Source: Balanoglossus misakiensis (lineage: Eukaryota > Animalia > Hemichordata). From it: 64,000 bases of DNA. Shown here piece by piece: positions 11,935-23,877 of this stretch. Location: positions 4,727,097-4,791,096 of the forward strand of contig CM082598.2 of NCBI GenBank assembly GCA_040954595.2, in the 5' to 3' direction. Made by a program: the position numbers and the translations under genes. The notes under the pieces are model-generated. The model saw only the letters and a program-made list of their open reading frames with translations. It was not told where the DNA came from and did no database searches. How positions within the stretch are numbered: position 1 is the stretch's first letter; each line of letters starts with the position of its first letter.

Positions 11935-14040
11935 ATTGTTGTCAACACTCCACTGTCGAGTGTCGTCAACAAGGTTGTCGTCAACTCATGTTAGCTTTGC
12001 CATTATCTGTGAAAAACGTTCCGTTTCTTTGATACATTTGGCTTCAGATTATCTATTTATCGGTGGGTTTCATTCTCGCAAGGTCATTGTGGTGGTCTTG
12101 TTGTGGATAAACGTTTTGGGCTCAAAAAGAAAGATGTTGTCTTTGGTGACACAACACATGTGTAACGTGATATCGAAGTCTCGCGTAATTTGGCGTGATT
12201 TCGCGTGATTCAATATGGCCGCGCCCATCGGGCTGCTCGGAAATGGTCCAGAAACGCATCTGAAGTCCTTCTTCCAATTTCCAACCGTCTTTGATGGTCT
12301 TGTGGTCGACGTGCATTTCTGAGTAGGGTTTGTGATGAATAACGACGTTGGTTTTAAGTAACGAAGAGATCAAAATTAATGCATGCCCCCGTAGGAACAA
12401 CACACAACGTACTGCTCGAACTGGTATGTAATAATATGTAACAGGTTTGACCCACAGGTGGCTGTGGTATTTCTATGTCGGAGAATTATAGTGAGGTCAT
12501 TGGTTATCCCGCAGAACGAGCACGAAGTGCGAGAAGGTTTGACACGACTTTCGGACAGAGTTCAATAAAACGTCACGAAATCAAAAAAATCAAACTTGAG
12601 CGACCAAATACATACCCAGAACGATAAAATATTCTACTGTGCATTTAATCGCCACCTTCATTAGGTTCCTTATCAGCACTAGCGTGAGTATTTCCCCAAA
12701 ACTAACAACTGGGACAAAATGTACAAATGCTACACAGATCGCCGCCATTAACGTGAATGCGTAAACGCTTACGCATGCGCAGTATGATGATATGGTAGTT
12801 CAAGATGGAGGCGATCTGTGTAGCATTTGTACATTTTTGTCCCAGTTGTTAGTTTTGGGGAAATACTCACGCTAGTGTTGATAAGGAACCTAATGAAGGT
12901 GGCGATTAAATGCACAGTAGAATATTTTATCGTTCTGGGTATGTATTTGGTCGCTCAAGTTTGATTTTTTTGATTTCGTGACGTTTTATTGAACTCTGTC
13001 CGAAAGTCGTGTCAAACCTTCTCGCACTTCGTGCTCGTTCTGCGGGATAACCAATGACCTCACTATAATTCTCCGACATAGAAATACCACAGCCACCTGT
13101 GGTTTGACCTGAGTGCGAGCGCAGCAAGATTGTTGTCAACACTCCACTTTCCACACGCATGCTTCGTCAACTTTCTCTTGGTCAACTGAAGGCTTTGCAA
13201 TACTTTGCCAAAGACGTTTCATTCTCTGATAGCTTCAGATTATCTATTGATCGGTGGGTTTCATTCTCACAAGGTCATTGTGGTAGTCGTGTTGTGGTGC
13301 TCACTAAACGTTTAGGCTCAAAAAGAATAACGCCTAAAGTAATTTCGAAGCCTCGCGTAATTTGGCGTGATTCAATATGGCGCCGCCGTCGGAAACGCTA
13401 CTAAATTTAATTTTCCAACGTAATTTGCCACCGTCTTTGATAGTCTTGTGGTCGGTGTACATTTCTGAGTAGGATTTACGATGAATAACGACATCGGTTT
13501 TACGTTTTAAGGAAGAGATCAAAATTAATGGATGCCCCCATAGAACAGCGCACGACGCACTTTTCAAACTCGTAGGTATATAGAGATATACATTCTATTT
13601 CCCTTAATCCCTCTATCGTACACACGCTATCTAAAGTTCTCACTACTAGTGTAGAGATACATTCAGTATTTTCCATTATCCTCCAACACCTGCAGGCTAC
13701 TCGCTCTGTCTAAAGTCCTCGCTACCTTATTCAATGCTTACAGAGAAACATTTCTGTTATTTTATACTATAGACTCATGTTTAAATTCACATTATTGTCA
13801 ACACCCAACTGTCCACATGCATGCTTTGTTAACTTCTCTTTGCAATGCTTTGTGAAAGACCTTCCGTGTCTTTGATAGCTTCAGGTTATCTATTGATCGG
13901 TGGGTTTCAGTCTCACAAGGTCATTGTGGTAGTCTTGTTGTAGTTAAGCGTTTAGGCTCAAAAAGAACAAATGTTGTTAGTGGAATGATACATGCGTAAC
14001 GTTATTTCAAAGTCTCTCGTAATTTGATGTGATTTATATG
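11935..14040 (+). repeat. Degenerate tandem triplication (~500-bp module)
   Basis: Homologous blocks start at ~11937, 13131 and 13795 (ttgtcaacactccact...tcggtgggtttcattctc.caaggtcattgtgg...ggctcaaaaagaa...tcgcgtaatttggcgtgatt). Confidence 0.8.
12453..13101. mobile_element. Foldback non-autonomous DNA transposon, ~295-bp TIRs, 8-bp TSD (P-element-like)
   Basis: Near-perfect inverted arms 12453-12748 and 12804-13101; CACAG...CTGTG termini; GTTTGACC duplicated at 12445-12452 and 13102-13109. Confidence 0.9.
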
Positions 14041-14357
14041 TTTATTTCGAAGGGAGACTATGTATGATTGTGTGATTTTTCCAACAAAAAATCAAATCTT
14101 TGTTCTTGGATGAGTTAGAGTGGTAGTGTCACTAGAATGCCAAGTTCATACAATGGTCATGCAAGTGGCCTATTTCATTAAAAACTATAGTCAGTCTTTT
14201 GTTTATTAAATTGCTAACTTTAAACTTACCTTGATTTTGTTTTTGACCTTGCAGTGACTTTAAGTCAAGGTGGAATCAACTCAATGCTCTGATGATGGTT
14301 TACTGAATCCAAGGGTACTGTTCAGGTAAGACTGAATCAGTTTCAATCTGACACAGC

Positions 14358-14385
14358 CACACACACACACACACACACACACACA
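14358..14385. repeat. (CA)n microsatellite
   Basis: Pure CA run. Confidence 0.95.
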
Positions 14386-14889
14386 TCCCTTCCCTATCTC
14401 ACTGTCACACAACTGGAACTACTTTGTGATTTACAAGATCTGTTCTGTTTAACTCATATAGCATTGTTGCTGTGAAAAAACCTGCAATTCTAATATTTTA
14501 CCTGTCAAAGAATTTGCAAAAATATCAATGTAGTTTCATAAAATTGTTCATTTATATATGTCTGGACAGCTTTTTATCGCAAAATAGTTCCATTTGTATT
14601 CATCAGTCTTTCTGTCAATAATTGTTGCTCTTTTTGACATGCAACTCTCTTTTCATTTTCTTCATCTCTTTCCTGATTTCCACAATATGCTCAGGATTTG
14701 AAATTGTTAGGAGTCAATTGTGGAATGAGTTTACTGTTAAACTGAAATTTATAGCGAAGTCAGTCAGTCTCAACTTTTTCCTCATGAATTGCTCAAGGCA
14801 ACTTTAATAAGATTATTTAAATTTCGGATAAAACTAAAGGATCACAGTGCAAGCTTTTAAATGATAGAGTGGAATTATCTCTGATTTGA

Positions 14890-17800
14890 AATTCAAAATG
14901 GCCACCAATCTGTGTAAAGTCTAGCAAATATTTTTTTAAATGAAATGAAAGTTTAGTCAAGCCTGAAGATTTTAGAGGTTAATTGCAGTGAGGAATCTAC
15001 ATAAACTTTCTGAATGCTTGTTATTTTAAATAATAGTATAATTCTCAAATACTGCATTCGAAATGGCTGCTAAATTTAGTGGTTAATTGTAGTGAGGGAT
15101 CTATGTAGACTTTCTGAATGCTGGTAATTTTAAATGATAGTATAATTGTCTCAAATTTAACATTCAAAATGGCCGCCAAATTTAGTGGTTAATTGCAGTG
15201 AGGGATCTACATAAACTTTCTGAATGCTGCTAATTTTAAATGATAGTATAATTGTCTCAAATTTTACATTCAAAATGGCCGCCAAATTTAGTGGTTAATT
15301 GCAGTGAAGGATCTACATAGACTTTCTGAATGCTGCTAATTTTAAATGATAGTATAATTGTCTCAAATTTTACATTCAAAATGGCCGCCAAATTTAGTGG
15401 TTAATTGCAGTGAAGGATCTACATAGACTTTCTGAATGCTGCTAATTTTAAATGATAGTATAATTGTCTCAAATTTTACATTCAAAATGGCCGCCAAATT
15501 TAGTGGTTAATTGTAGTGAGGAATCTACATAGACTTTCTGAATGCTGCTAATTTTAAATGATAGTATAATTGTCTCAAATTTGACATTCAAAATGGTCAC
15601 CAAATTTAGTGGTTAATTGCAGTGAGGGATCTACATAGACTTTCTGAATGCTGGTAATTTTATGATAGTATAATTCTCAGATATTGCATTCAAAATGGCC
15701 GCCAAATTTAGTGGTTTATTGCAGTGAGGGATCTACGTAGACTTTCTGAATGCTGCTAATTTTAAATGATAGTATAATTGTCTCAAATTTAACATTCAAA
15801 ATGGCCGCCAAATTTAGTGGTTAATTGTAGTGAGGAATCTACATAGACTTTCTGAATGCTGCTAATTTTAAATGATAGTATAATTGTCTCAAATTTAACA
15901 TTCAAAATGGTCACCAAATTTAGTGGTTAATTGTAGTGAGGAATCTACATAGACTTTCTGAATGCTGCTAATTTTAAATGATAGTATAATTGTCTCAAAT
16001 TTAACATTCAAAATGGTCACCAAATTTAGTGGTTAATTGTAGTGAGGAATCTACATAGACTTTCTGAATGCTGCTAATTTAAAATGATAGTATAATTGTT
16101 TCAAATATAAAATTCAAAATGGCCACCAAATTAAGTGGTTAATTGTAGTGAGGGATCTACATAGACTTTCTGAATGCTGCTAATTTTAAATGATAGTATA
16201 ATTGTCTCAAATTTAACAATCAAAATGGTCACCAAATTAAGTAGTTAATTGTTGTGAGGGATTTACGTAGACTTTCTGAATGCTGCTAATTTTAAATGAT
16301 AGTATAATTGTCTCAAATTTAACGTTCAAAATGGTCACCAAATTTAGTGGTTAATTGTAGTGAGGAATCTACATAGACTTTCTGAATGCTGCTAATTTTA
16401 AATGATAGTATAATTGTCTCAAATTTAACATTCAAAATGGCTGCCATATTTAGTGGTTAATTGCAGTGAGGGATCTACATAGACTTTCTGAATGCTTGTA
16501 ATTTTAAATGATAGTATAATTGTCTCAAATTTAACATTCAAAATGGCCGCCATATTTAGTGGTTAATTGCAGTGAGGGATCTACATAGACTTTCTGAATG
16601 CTGCTAATTTTAAATGATAGTATAATTGTCTCAAATTTAACATTCAAAATGGCCGCCATATTTAGTGGTTAATTGCAGTGAGGGATCTACATAGACTTTC
16701 TGAATGCTGCTAATTTAAAATGATAGTATAATTGTTTCAAATATAAAATTCAAAATGGCCACCAAATTAAGTGGTTAATTGCAGTGAGGGATCTACATAG
16801 ACTTTCTGAATGCTGCTAATTTTAAATGATAGTATAATTGTCTCAAATTTAAAATTCAAAATGGCCACCAAATTAAGTGGTTAATTGCAGTGAGGGATCT
16901 ACAGATTTTCTGAATGCTGCTAATTTTAATGATAGTGTAATTGTCTCAAATTTAACATTCAAAATGGTCACCATATTTAGTAGTTAATTTGTAGTGAGGG
17001 ATCTACATAGACTTTCTGAATGCTGCTTATTTTAAATGATAGTATAATTGTCTCAAATTTAACAATCAAAATGGTCACCAAATTTAGTAGTTAATTGTAG
17101 TGAGGGATCTACATAGACTTTCTGAATGCTGCTTATTTTAAATGATAGTATAATTGTCTCAAATTTAACATTCAAAATGGTCACCAAATTTTAGTGGTTA
17201 ATTGTAGTGAGGAATCTATATAGACTTTCTGAATGCTGCTAATTTTAAATGATAGTATAATTGTCTCAAATTTAACAATCAAAATGGTCACCATATTTTA
17301 GTAGTTAATTGTAGTGAGGGATCTACATAGACTTTCTGAATGCTGCTAATTTTAAATGATAGTATAATTGTCTCAAATTTAACAATCAAAATGGTCACCA
17401 AATTTAGTAGTTTATTGTAGTGAGGGAACTACATAGACTTTCTGAATGCTGCTAATTTTAAATGATAGTATAATTGTCTCAAATTTAATATTCAAAATGG
17501 CCGCCAAATTTAGTGGTTAATTGCAGTGAAGGATCTACATAGACTTTCTGAATGCTGCTAATTTTAAATGATAGTATAATTGTCTCAAATTTAATATTCA
17601 AAATGGCCACCAAATTTAGTGGTTAATTGCAGTGAGGGATCTACGTAGACTTCCTGAATGCTGCTAATTTTAAATGATAGTATAATTGTCTCAAATTTAA
17701 CATTCAAATTGGCCGCCAAATTTAGTAGTTAATTGTAGTGAGGAATCTACATAGACTTTCTGAATGTTGCTAATTTTAAATGATAGTGAAGCCGCCAAAT

Positions 17801-18868
17801 TTAGTGGTTAATTGTAGTGAGGGATCTACATAGACTTCCTGAATGCTGCTAATTTTATGATAGTATAATTCTCAAAAATTGGATTCAAAATGGCCGCCAA
17901 ATTTAGTGGTTTATTGCAGTGAGGGATCTACATAGACTTTCTGAATGCTGGTAATTTTATGATAGTATAATTCTCAGATATTGCATTCAAAATGGCCGTC
18001 AAATTTAGTGGTTAATTGCAGTGAGGGATCTACATAGACTTTCTGAATGCTGGTAATTTTATGATAGTATAATTCTCAGATATTGCATTCAAAATGGCCG
18101 CCAAATTTAGTGGTTAATTGCAGTGAGGGATCTACATAGACTTCCTGAATGCTGCTAATTTTATGATAGTATAATTCTCAAAAATTGGATTCAAAATGGC
18201 CGCCAAATTTAGTGGTTTATTGCAGTGAGGGATCTACATAGACTTTCTGAATGCTGGTAATTTTATGATAGTATAATTCTCAGATATTGCATTCAAAATG
18301 GCCGTCAAATTTAGTGGTTAATTGCAGTGAGGGATCTACATAGACTTTCTGAATGCTGGTAATTTTATGATAGTATAATTCTCAGATATTACATTCAAAA
18401 TGGCCGCCAAATTTAGTGGTTAATTGCAGTGAGGGATCTACATAGACTTCCTGAATGCTGCTAATTTTATGATAGTATAATTCTCAAAAATTGGATTCAA
18501 AATGGCCGCCAAATTTAGTGGTTTATTGCAGTGAGGGATCTACATAGACTTTCTGAATGCTGGTAATTTTATGATAGTATAATTCTCAGATATTGCATTC
18601 AAAATGGCCGCCAAATTTAGTGGTTAATTGCAGTGAGGGATCTACATAGACTTTCTGAATGCTGGTAATTTTATGATAGTATAATTCTCAGATATTGCAT
18701 TCAAAATGGCTGACAAATTTAGTGGTTAATTGCAGTGAGGGATCTACATAGACTTTCTGAATGTTGGAAATTTTATGATAGTATAATTCTCAGATATTGC
18801 ATTCAAAATGGCCGCCAAATTTAGTGGTTAATTGCAGTGAAGGTTCTACCATAGACTTTCTGAATGCT
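14890..18868 (+). repeat. Satellite array, 106-bp then 102-bp monomer, about 38 copies
   Basis: Motif caaaatggccgccaaatttagtggttaattgcagtgagggatctacatagactttctgaatgctg recurs every 106 bp (15171, 15277, 15383) and every 102 bp after ~17790 (17892, 17994, 18096). Confidence 0.97.
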
Positions 18869-19732
18869 AGATTGAAGCCTGAAAAAATACAGAAGTATTT
18901 TTTTAATGAAAGTATAGAGTAAAGCCCAAAAATATTCTAAGTATTTTTTTTATTCAAAGTATAGATTAAAGCCTTAAAAAAATACCTAGAATATTTTCGG
19001 GCTTCACTCTATACTTTCATTTAAAAAAATACTTAGAATATTTTCAGGCTTCACTCTATACTTTCATTTAAAAAAATACTTAGAATATTTTCAGGCTTCA
19101 CTCTATACTTTCATTTAAAAAAATACTTAGAATATTTTCAGGCTTCACTCTATACTTTCATTTTAAAAAATACTTAGAATATTTTCAGGCTTCACTCTAT
19201 ACTCTCATTTTAAAAAATACTTAGAATATTTTCAGGCTTCACTCTATACTTTCATTTTAAAAAATACTTAGAATATTTTCAGGCTTCACTCTATACTTTC
19301 ATTTTAAAAAATACTTAGAAATATTTTCGTGCTTTACTCTATACTTTCATTTTAAAAAATACTTAGAATATTTTCAGGCTTCACTCTATACTTTCATTTT
19401 AAAAAATACTTAGACTATTTTCAGGCTTCACTCTATACTTTCATTTTAAAAAATACTTAGAATATTTTCAGGCTTCACTCTATACTTTCATTTAAAAAAA
19501 TACTTAGAAAATTTTCAGGCTTCACTCTATACTTTCATTTTAAAAAATACTTAGAATATTTTCAGGCTTTACTCTATACTTTGAATTCAAAACAATATTG
19601 TTTTTTTTTTTAATGAAAGTATAGAGTAAAACCTGAAAATATTCCAAGTATAGATTGAAGCCTGAAAAAATTTCTAAGTATTTTTTTAAATGAAAGTATA
19701 GAGTAAAGCCTGAAATTTTTTCTAAGTATGTT
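18868..19732. repeat. 47-bp minisatellite (~12 copies) with inverted flanking copies
   Basis: Unit aaaaaatacttagaatattttcaggcttcactctatactttcatttt, period 47 (19034, 19081, 19128); reverse-complement copies at 18868-18965 and 19605-19732. Confidence 0.95.
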
Positions 19733-19877
19733 TTACTCGTATTCACTCAAAACACAACACCAATGATTATGATTTATTTTATTTTATTTCATTTTCTATA
19801 AAATTATGACAAAACCAGAGTACTGAAATTCAACTTGTATTCACTTGTCGTTTCAGGTCTATCTTGAATGGTTGATG

Positions 19878-20390
19878 ACCAATCGAAAGAAGTGGAGTCC
19901 AGCCGGGATCTGAAAAAAAACAAGGTATAGAGTTTTAGTATAGAGGGGGCATACACAAATTTCAAAAATGTTCCAAGTTTTTTTGAAATTTGTGTATGCC
20001 CCTCTATACTTGCATTTTTTAATACTTACCTTGTCTTTTCAGATCCTGGCTGGACTCCACTTCTTTCGATTGGACATTTCAATCGAAAGAAGTGGAGTCA
20101 AGCCAGGATCTGAAAAGACAAGGTAAGTATTAAAAAATGCAAGTATAGAGGGGCATACACAAATTTCAAAAAAACTTAGAACATTTTTGAAATTTGTGTA
20201 TGCCCTCTCTATACTTGCATTTTCTAATACTTGCCTTGTCTTTTCAGATCCTGGCTGGGCTCCACTTCTTTCGATTGGTCATTTCAATCAAAAGAAGTGG
20301 AGTCCAGCCAGGATCTGAAAAGACAAGGCAAGTATTAGAAAATGCAAGCATAGAGTGCATACACAAGTTTCAAACATTTTCTAAGTTTTG
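19878..20390. repeat. Alternating-orientation repeat array, five ~100-bp units
   Basis: caatcgaaagaagtggagtc...gcatacacaaatttcaaaaa occurs forward, reverse, forward, reverse, forward. Confidence 0.92.
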
Positions 20391-20548
20391 TAATAAAGTT
20401 TCAAAAAATTTTCTAAGTTTTTTAAATAAAGGGCCATCCCAAACCCCCACCCTTACCTCCCCACTGGAATTGAAAAAGGACTTATAAAGTCAGGCCTTAA
20501 CTCTTACTATGGTTGAGCAAAGTTTACTTTCTTGTACAAGTGCATTAT

Positions 20549-20769
20549 GGGCATCGTAATCTATGCAAGATCTTTTCAAAAGCAAAAATTGTATGCATAT
20601 GAAAAGACCTCGCATAGATTACGAGGTCTTTTCATATGCATAAAATTTTTGCATCTTTTCAAATACAAAAATTTTATGCATATGAAAAGACCTCGTAATC
20701 TATGCGAGGTCTTTTCATATGCATACATTTTTTGCATTTGAAAAGATCTTGCATAGATTACGATGTCCC
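20549..20769. repeat. Nested palindrome (T-shaped or cruciform hairpin)
   Basis: Outer arms catcgtaatctatgcaagatcttttcaaa and tttgaaaagatcttgcatagattacgatg enclose two internal hairpins, tatgcatatgaaaagacctcg-N9-cgaggtcttttcatatgcata. Confidence 0.92.
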
Positions 20770-21119
20770 CTTATGCACACATTCAACACACATTCTGGTC
20801 ACACACACGCAATTACATTGCTAAGTTATCCCTCACAATAATATATTAATTTTAATGTTAGGTTATACTCCTAATCAAATTTTATTTTCGTCCTTAGGTG
20901 CAGGGAGGTTGCCATGGACTCAGTTGTACACATGAATTAAGATTTAATGCAGTTTTGGAATCTATCAAGCCTACAATATTTCTAAGTTTTAAATCTGATG
21001 ACCGACAAATTCACACATTCAAGACTACCTATATTTCTATTATTGTCAATTCATTACATTCTGAATGTAGTTAAGTAAGCTATGACTTATGAATTAAAAT
21101 TATGAATTAAAATTACATT

Positions 21120-21300
21120 CGCAAGAGAGAGTTTATTTTTCTGAAGTTATCCCATGCAAGTTTAGACTCTTTACAGGCTCTCTGTTGGAAGTCTGAAATT
21201 ACGGAACTCTGTTCTGTTCTTATCTGCTACTTAAACTGGATCTTTTAAAACTCAACTTAAAACTTTCCTTTTTATCGATTTTTACTGTCATTTTTACCTA
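21120..21300 (+). mobile_element. Degenerate 3' end of an L2/CR1-type LINE
   Basis: 21241-21273 translates SFKTQLKTFLF, resembling the FK..LKT.LF C-terminus typical of L2-clade ORF2. Confidence 0.45.
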
Positions 21301-21419
21301 GTCTTTTTTAAATGTGACCTATGACATTAAGGGATTAAAAAACTAGTTTTTAAAGATGCGAAAAGTTTAAATGAGTTCTACATGCTACCCTTAAAGACCT
21401 TACATATAGCCAGAAATAT

Positions 21420-22990
21420 TATTAACATTTAAAATGGCCGCCAAATTTAATGGTTAATTGCAGTGAGGAATCTACATAGACTTTCTGAATGCTGCTAATT
21501 TTAAATTATAGTATAATTTAATATTCAAAATGGCCGCCAAATTTAGTGGTTATTTGCAGTGAGGGATTTACTTAGACTTTCTGAATGCTGGCAATTTTAA
21601 ATGATAGTATAATTATATTAAATTTAACATTCAAAATGGCCGCCAAATTTAGTTGTTAATTGCAGTGAGGGATCTACAGACTTTCTGACTGTTGGTTATC
21701 CATAATGGAATTTGAACCTACTATTACCAAGTAAATACTACGCTATTTCTGGAAATGGGTTAAAAATGTGGAATTATTGGAAAATTTTGAACGAGACAGC
21801 CAAATGTCTCAAATTTTACATTCAAAATGGCTGCCAAATTGAGTGGTTAATTGCAGTGAGGGATCTACATAGACTTTCTGAATGCTGGTAATTTTAAATG
21901 ATAGTATAATTTCATTAAATTTAATATTCAAAATGGCCGCCAAATTTAGAGGTTAATTAAAGTGAGGGATCTACAGACTTTCTGACTGCTGGTTATCCAT
22001 AATGGAATTTGAACCTACTATTACCAAGTAAATATTACACTATTTCTGGAACTGGATTAAAAATTGGGAATTGGAAAATTTTGAACGAGACAGCCAGTTG
22101 TCTCAAATTTTACATTCAAAATGGCCGCAAAATTTAGTTGTTAATTGCAGTGAGGGATCTACAGACTTTTTGAATGCTGGTAATTTTAAATGATAGTATA
22201 ATTATCTTAAATTTAACATTCAAAATGGCCGCAAAAATTTAGTGGTTAATTGCAGTGAGGGAAAATTGGAAAATTTTGAACGAGACAGCCAAATGTCTCA
22301 AATTTTACATTCAAAATGGCCGCCAAATTTAGTGGTTAATTGCAGTGAGGGATCTACAGACTTTTTGACTGCTGGTATTATCCATAATGCAATATGAACC
22401 TACTATTACCAAGTAAATACTACACTATTTCTGGAAATAGGTTAAAATTTGGGAATTATTGGAAAATTTTGAACGAGAAAGCCAATTGTCTCAAATTTTA
22501 CATTCAAAATGGCCGCCAAATTGAGTGGTTAATGGCAGTGACATAGACTTTCTAAATGCTGGTAATTTTAAATTATAGTATAATTTAATATTCAAAATGG
22601 CCGCTAAATTTAGTGGTTAATTGCAGTGAGGGATTTACTTAGACTTTCTGAATGCTGCTAATTTTAAATGATAGTATAATTATCTTAAATTTAACATTAA
22701 AAATGGCCGCCAAAATTTAGTGGTTAATTGCAGTGAGGGATCTACAGACTTTCTGACTGCTGATAATCCATTATGCGATTTTAACCTACTATTACCAAGT
22801 AAATACTACGCTATTTCTGGAACTGGGTTAAAAATTGGGAATTATTGGAAAATTTTGAACGAGACAGCCAATCGTCTCAAATTTTTCATTCAAAATGGCT
22901 GCCAAATTTAGTGGTTAATTGCAGTGAGGATTTTACATAGACTTTCTGAATGCTGGTCTCAAATTTCAAATTCAAAATGGCCACCAATAT
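21420..22990 (+). repeat. Composite satellite: 106-bp monomers interleaved with a ~110-bp second module
   Basis: Same YY1-motif monomer plus a tatccataatgg...gaacctactattaccaagtaaa...ttttgaacgagacagcc block at ~21697, 21994, 22262 (partial), 22381 and 22766. Confidence 0.9.
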
Positions 22991-23503
22991 TTAAGTAGAG
23001 TACAACTACATACTGTGGTTGGTCCAATATAGATGACCACTGTTGCTTCATTTTGTCATCCAGACAACCTCGTAACAGCCACAGAGATCAGAACACCTGA
23101 CCTCTGGGGATGGTCCAATAAGAGGACCATGCGCCAAGACTGTTACTTCATAATGTTATCCAGACAACCTCACAACACCCACAGAGATTAAAATTAATTC
23201 ACTCAAATAAAAATTGATTAGGCTTTTAGACAGGTGGGTCAAAGGTCAATGAAGTAATGTTTCAGGATTGATTGGGCAATTTGATAGATGGGTCAAAGGT
23301 CAATAAAGTAATTTTTCAAGTCCCTGTTCTTGGCAATGCCCACACACATCCCACAAAGTACACACATCTAAAAAGCACCATCAATTTCTTTATTATTGTT
23401 CAATCATTAAAAAGGGGCAAAATTGCTCTTTTGTTAACTTATTTTGATATAAAGTATTCTATGCGTTTTGATATCTTGAAATATGCCTAAATACTACTTT
23501 GTG

Positions 23504-23877
23504 GCAATGTTTATATTTATTTGAGGAAAACAAGATCACATGAAAATAGAGGTAAAATTTTGACACTTTTGAAGTTTTGGATTGTCATCAATTTGTGCAA
23601 TGTTTATATTTATTTGAGGAAACCAAGATCACATGAAAATAGAGGTAAAATTTTTGACACTTTTGAAGTTTTGGATTGTCATCGATTTGTGCAATGTTTA
23701 TATTTATTTGAGGAAACCAAGATCACATGAAAATAGAGGTAAAATTTTGACACTTTTGAAGTTTTGGATTGTCATTAATTTGTGCAATGTTTATATTTAT
23801 TTGAGGAAACCAAGATCACATGAAAATAGAGGTAAAATTTTGACACTTTTGAAGTTTTGGATTGTCATCAATTTGTA
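23504..23877. repeat. 93-bp tandem repeat, 4 copies
   Basis: gcaatgtttatatttatttgaggaaaccaagatcacatgaaaatagagg... at 23504, 23597, ~23691 and ~23784. Confidence 0.95.

Noticed and set aside
12453-13101. RAG/Transib-like transposon (CAC termini)
   Set aside because: The TSD is 8 bp, not 5; there is no RSS heptamer-nonamer and no RAG1-like coding sequence
12122-13567. Two similar minus-strand ORFs (93 and 77 aa) suggesting a gene family
   Set aside because: The similarity is explained by the DNA-level triplication; frames diverge and no domain is recognisable
14890-19732. CRISPR-like array
   Set aside because: Units repeat in full with no unique spacers, there are no cas genes, and the context is eukaryotic
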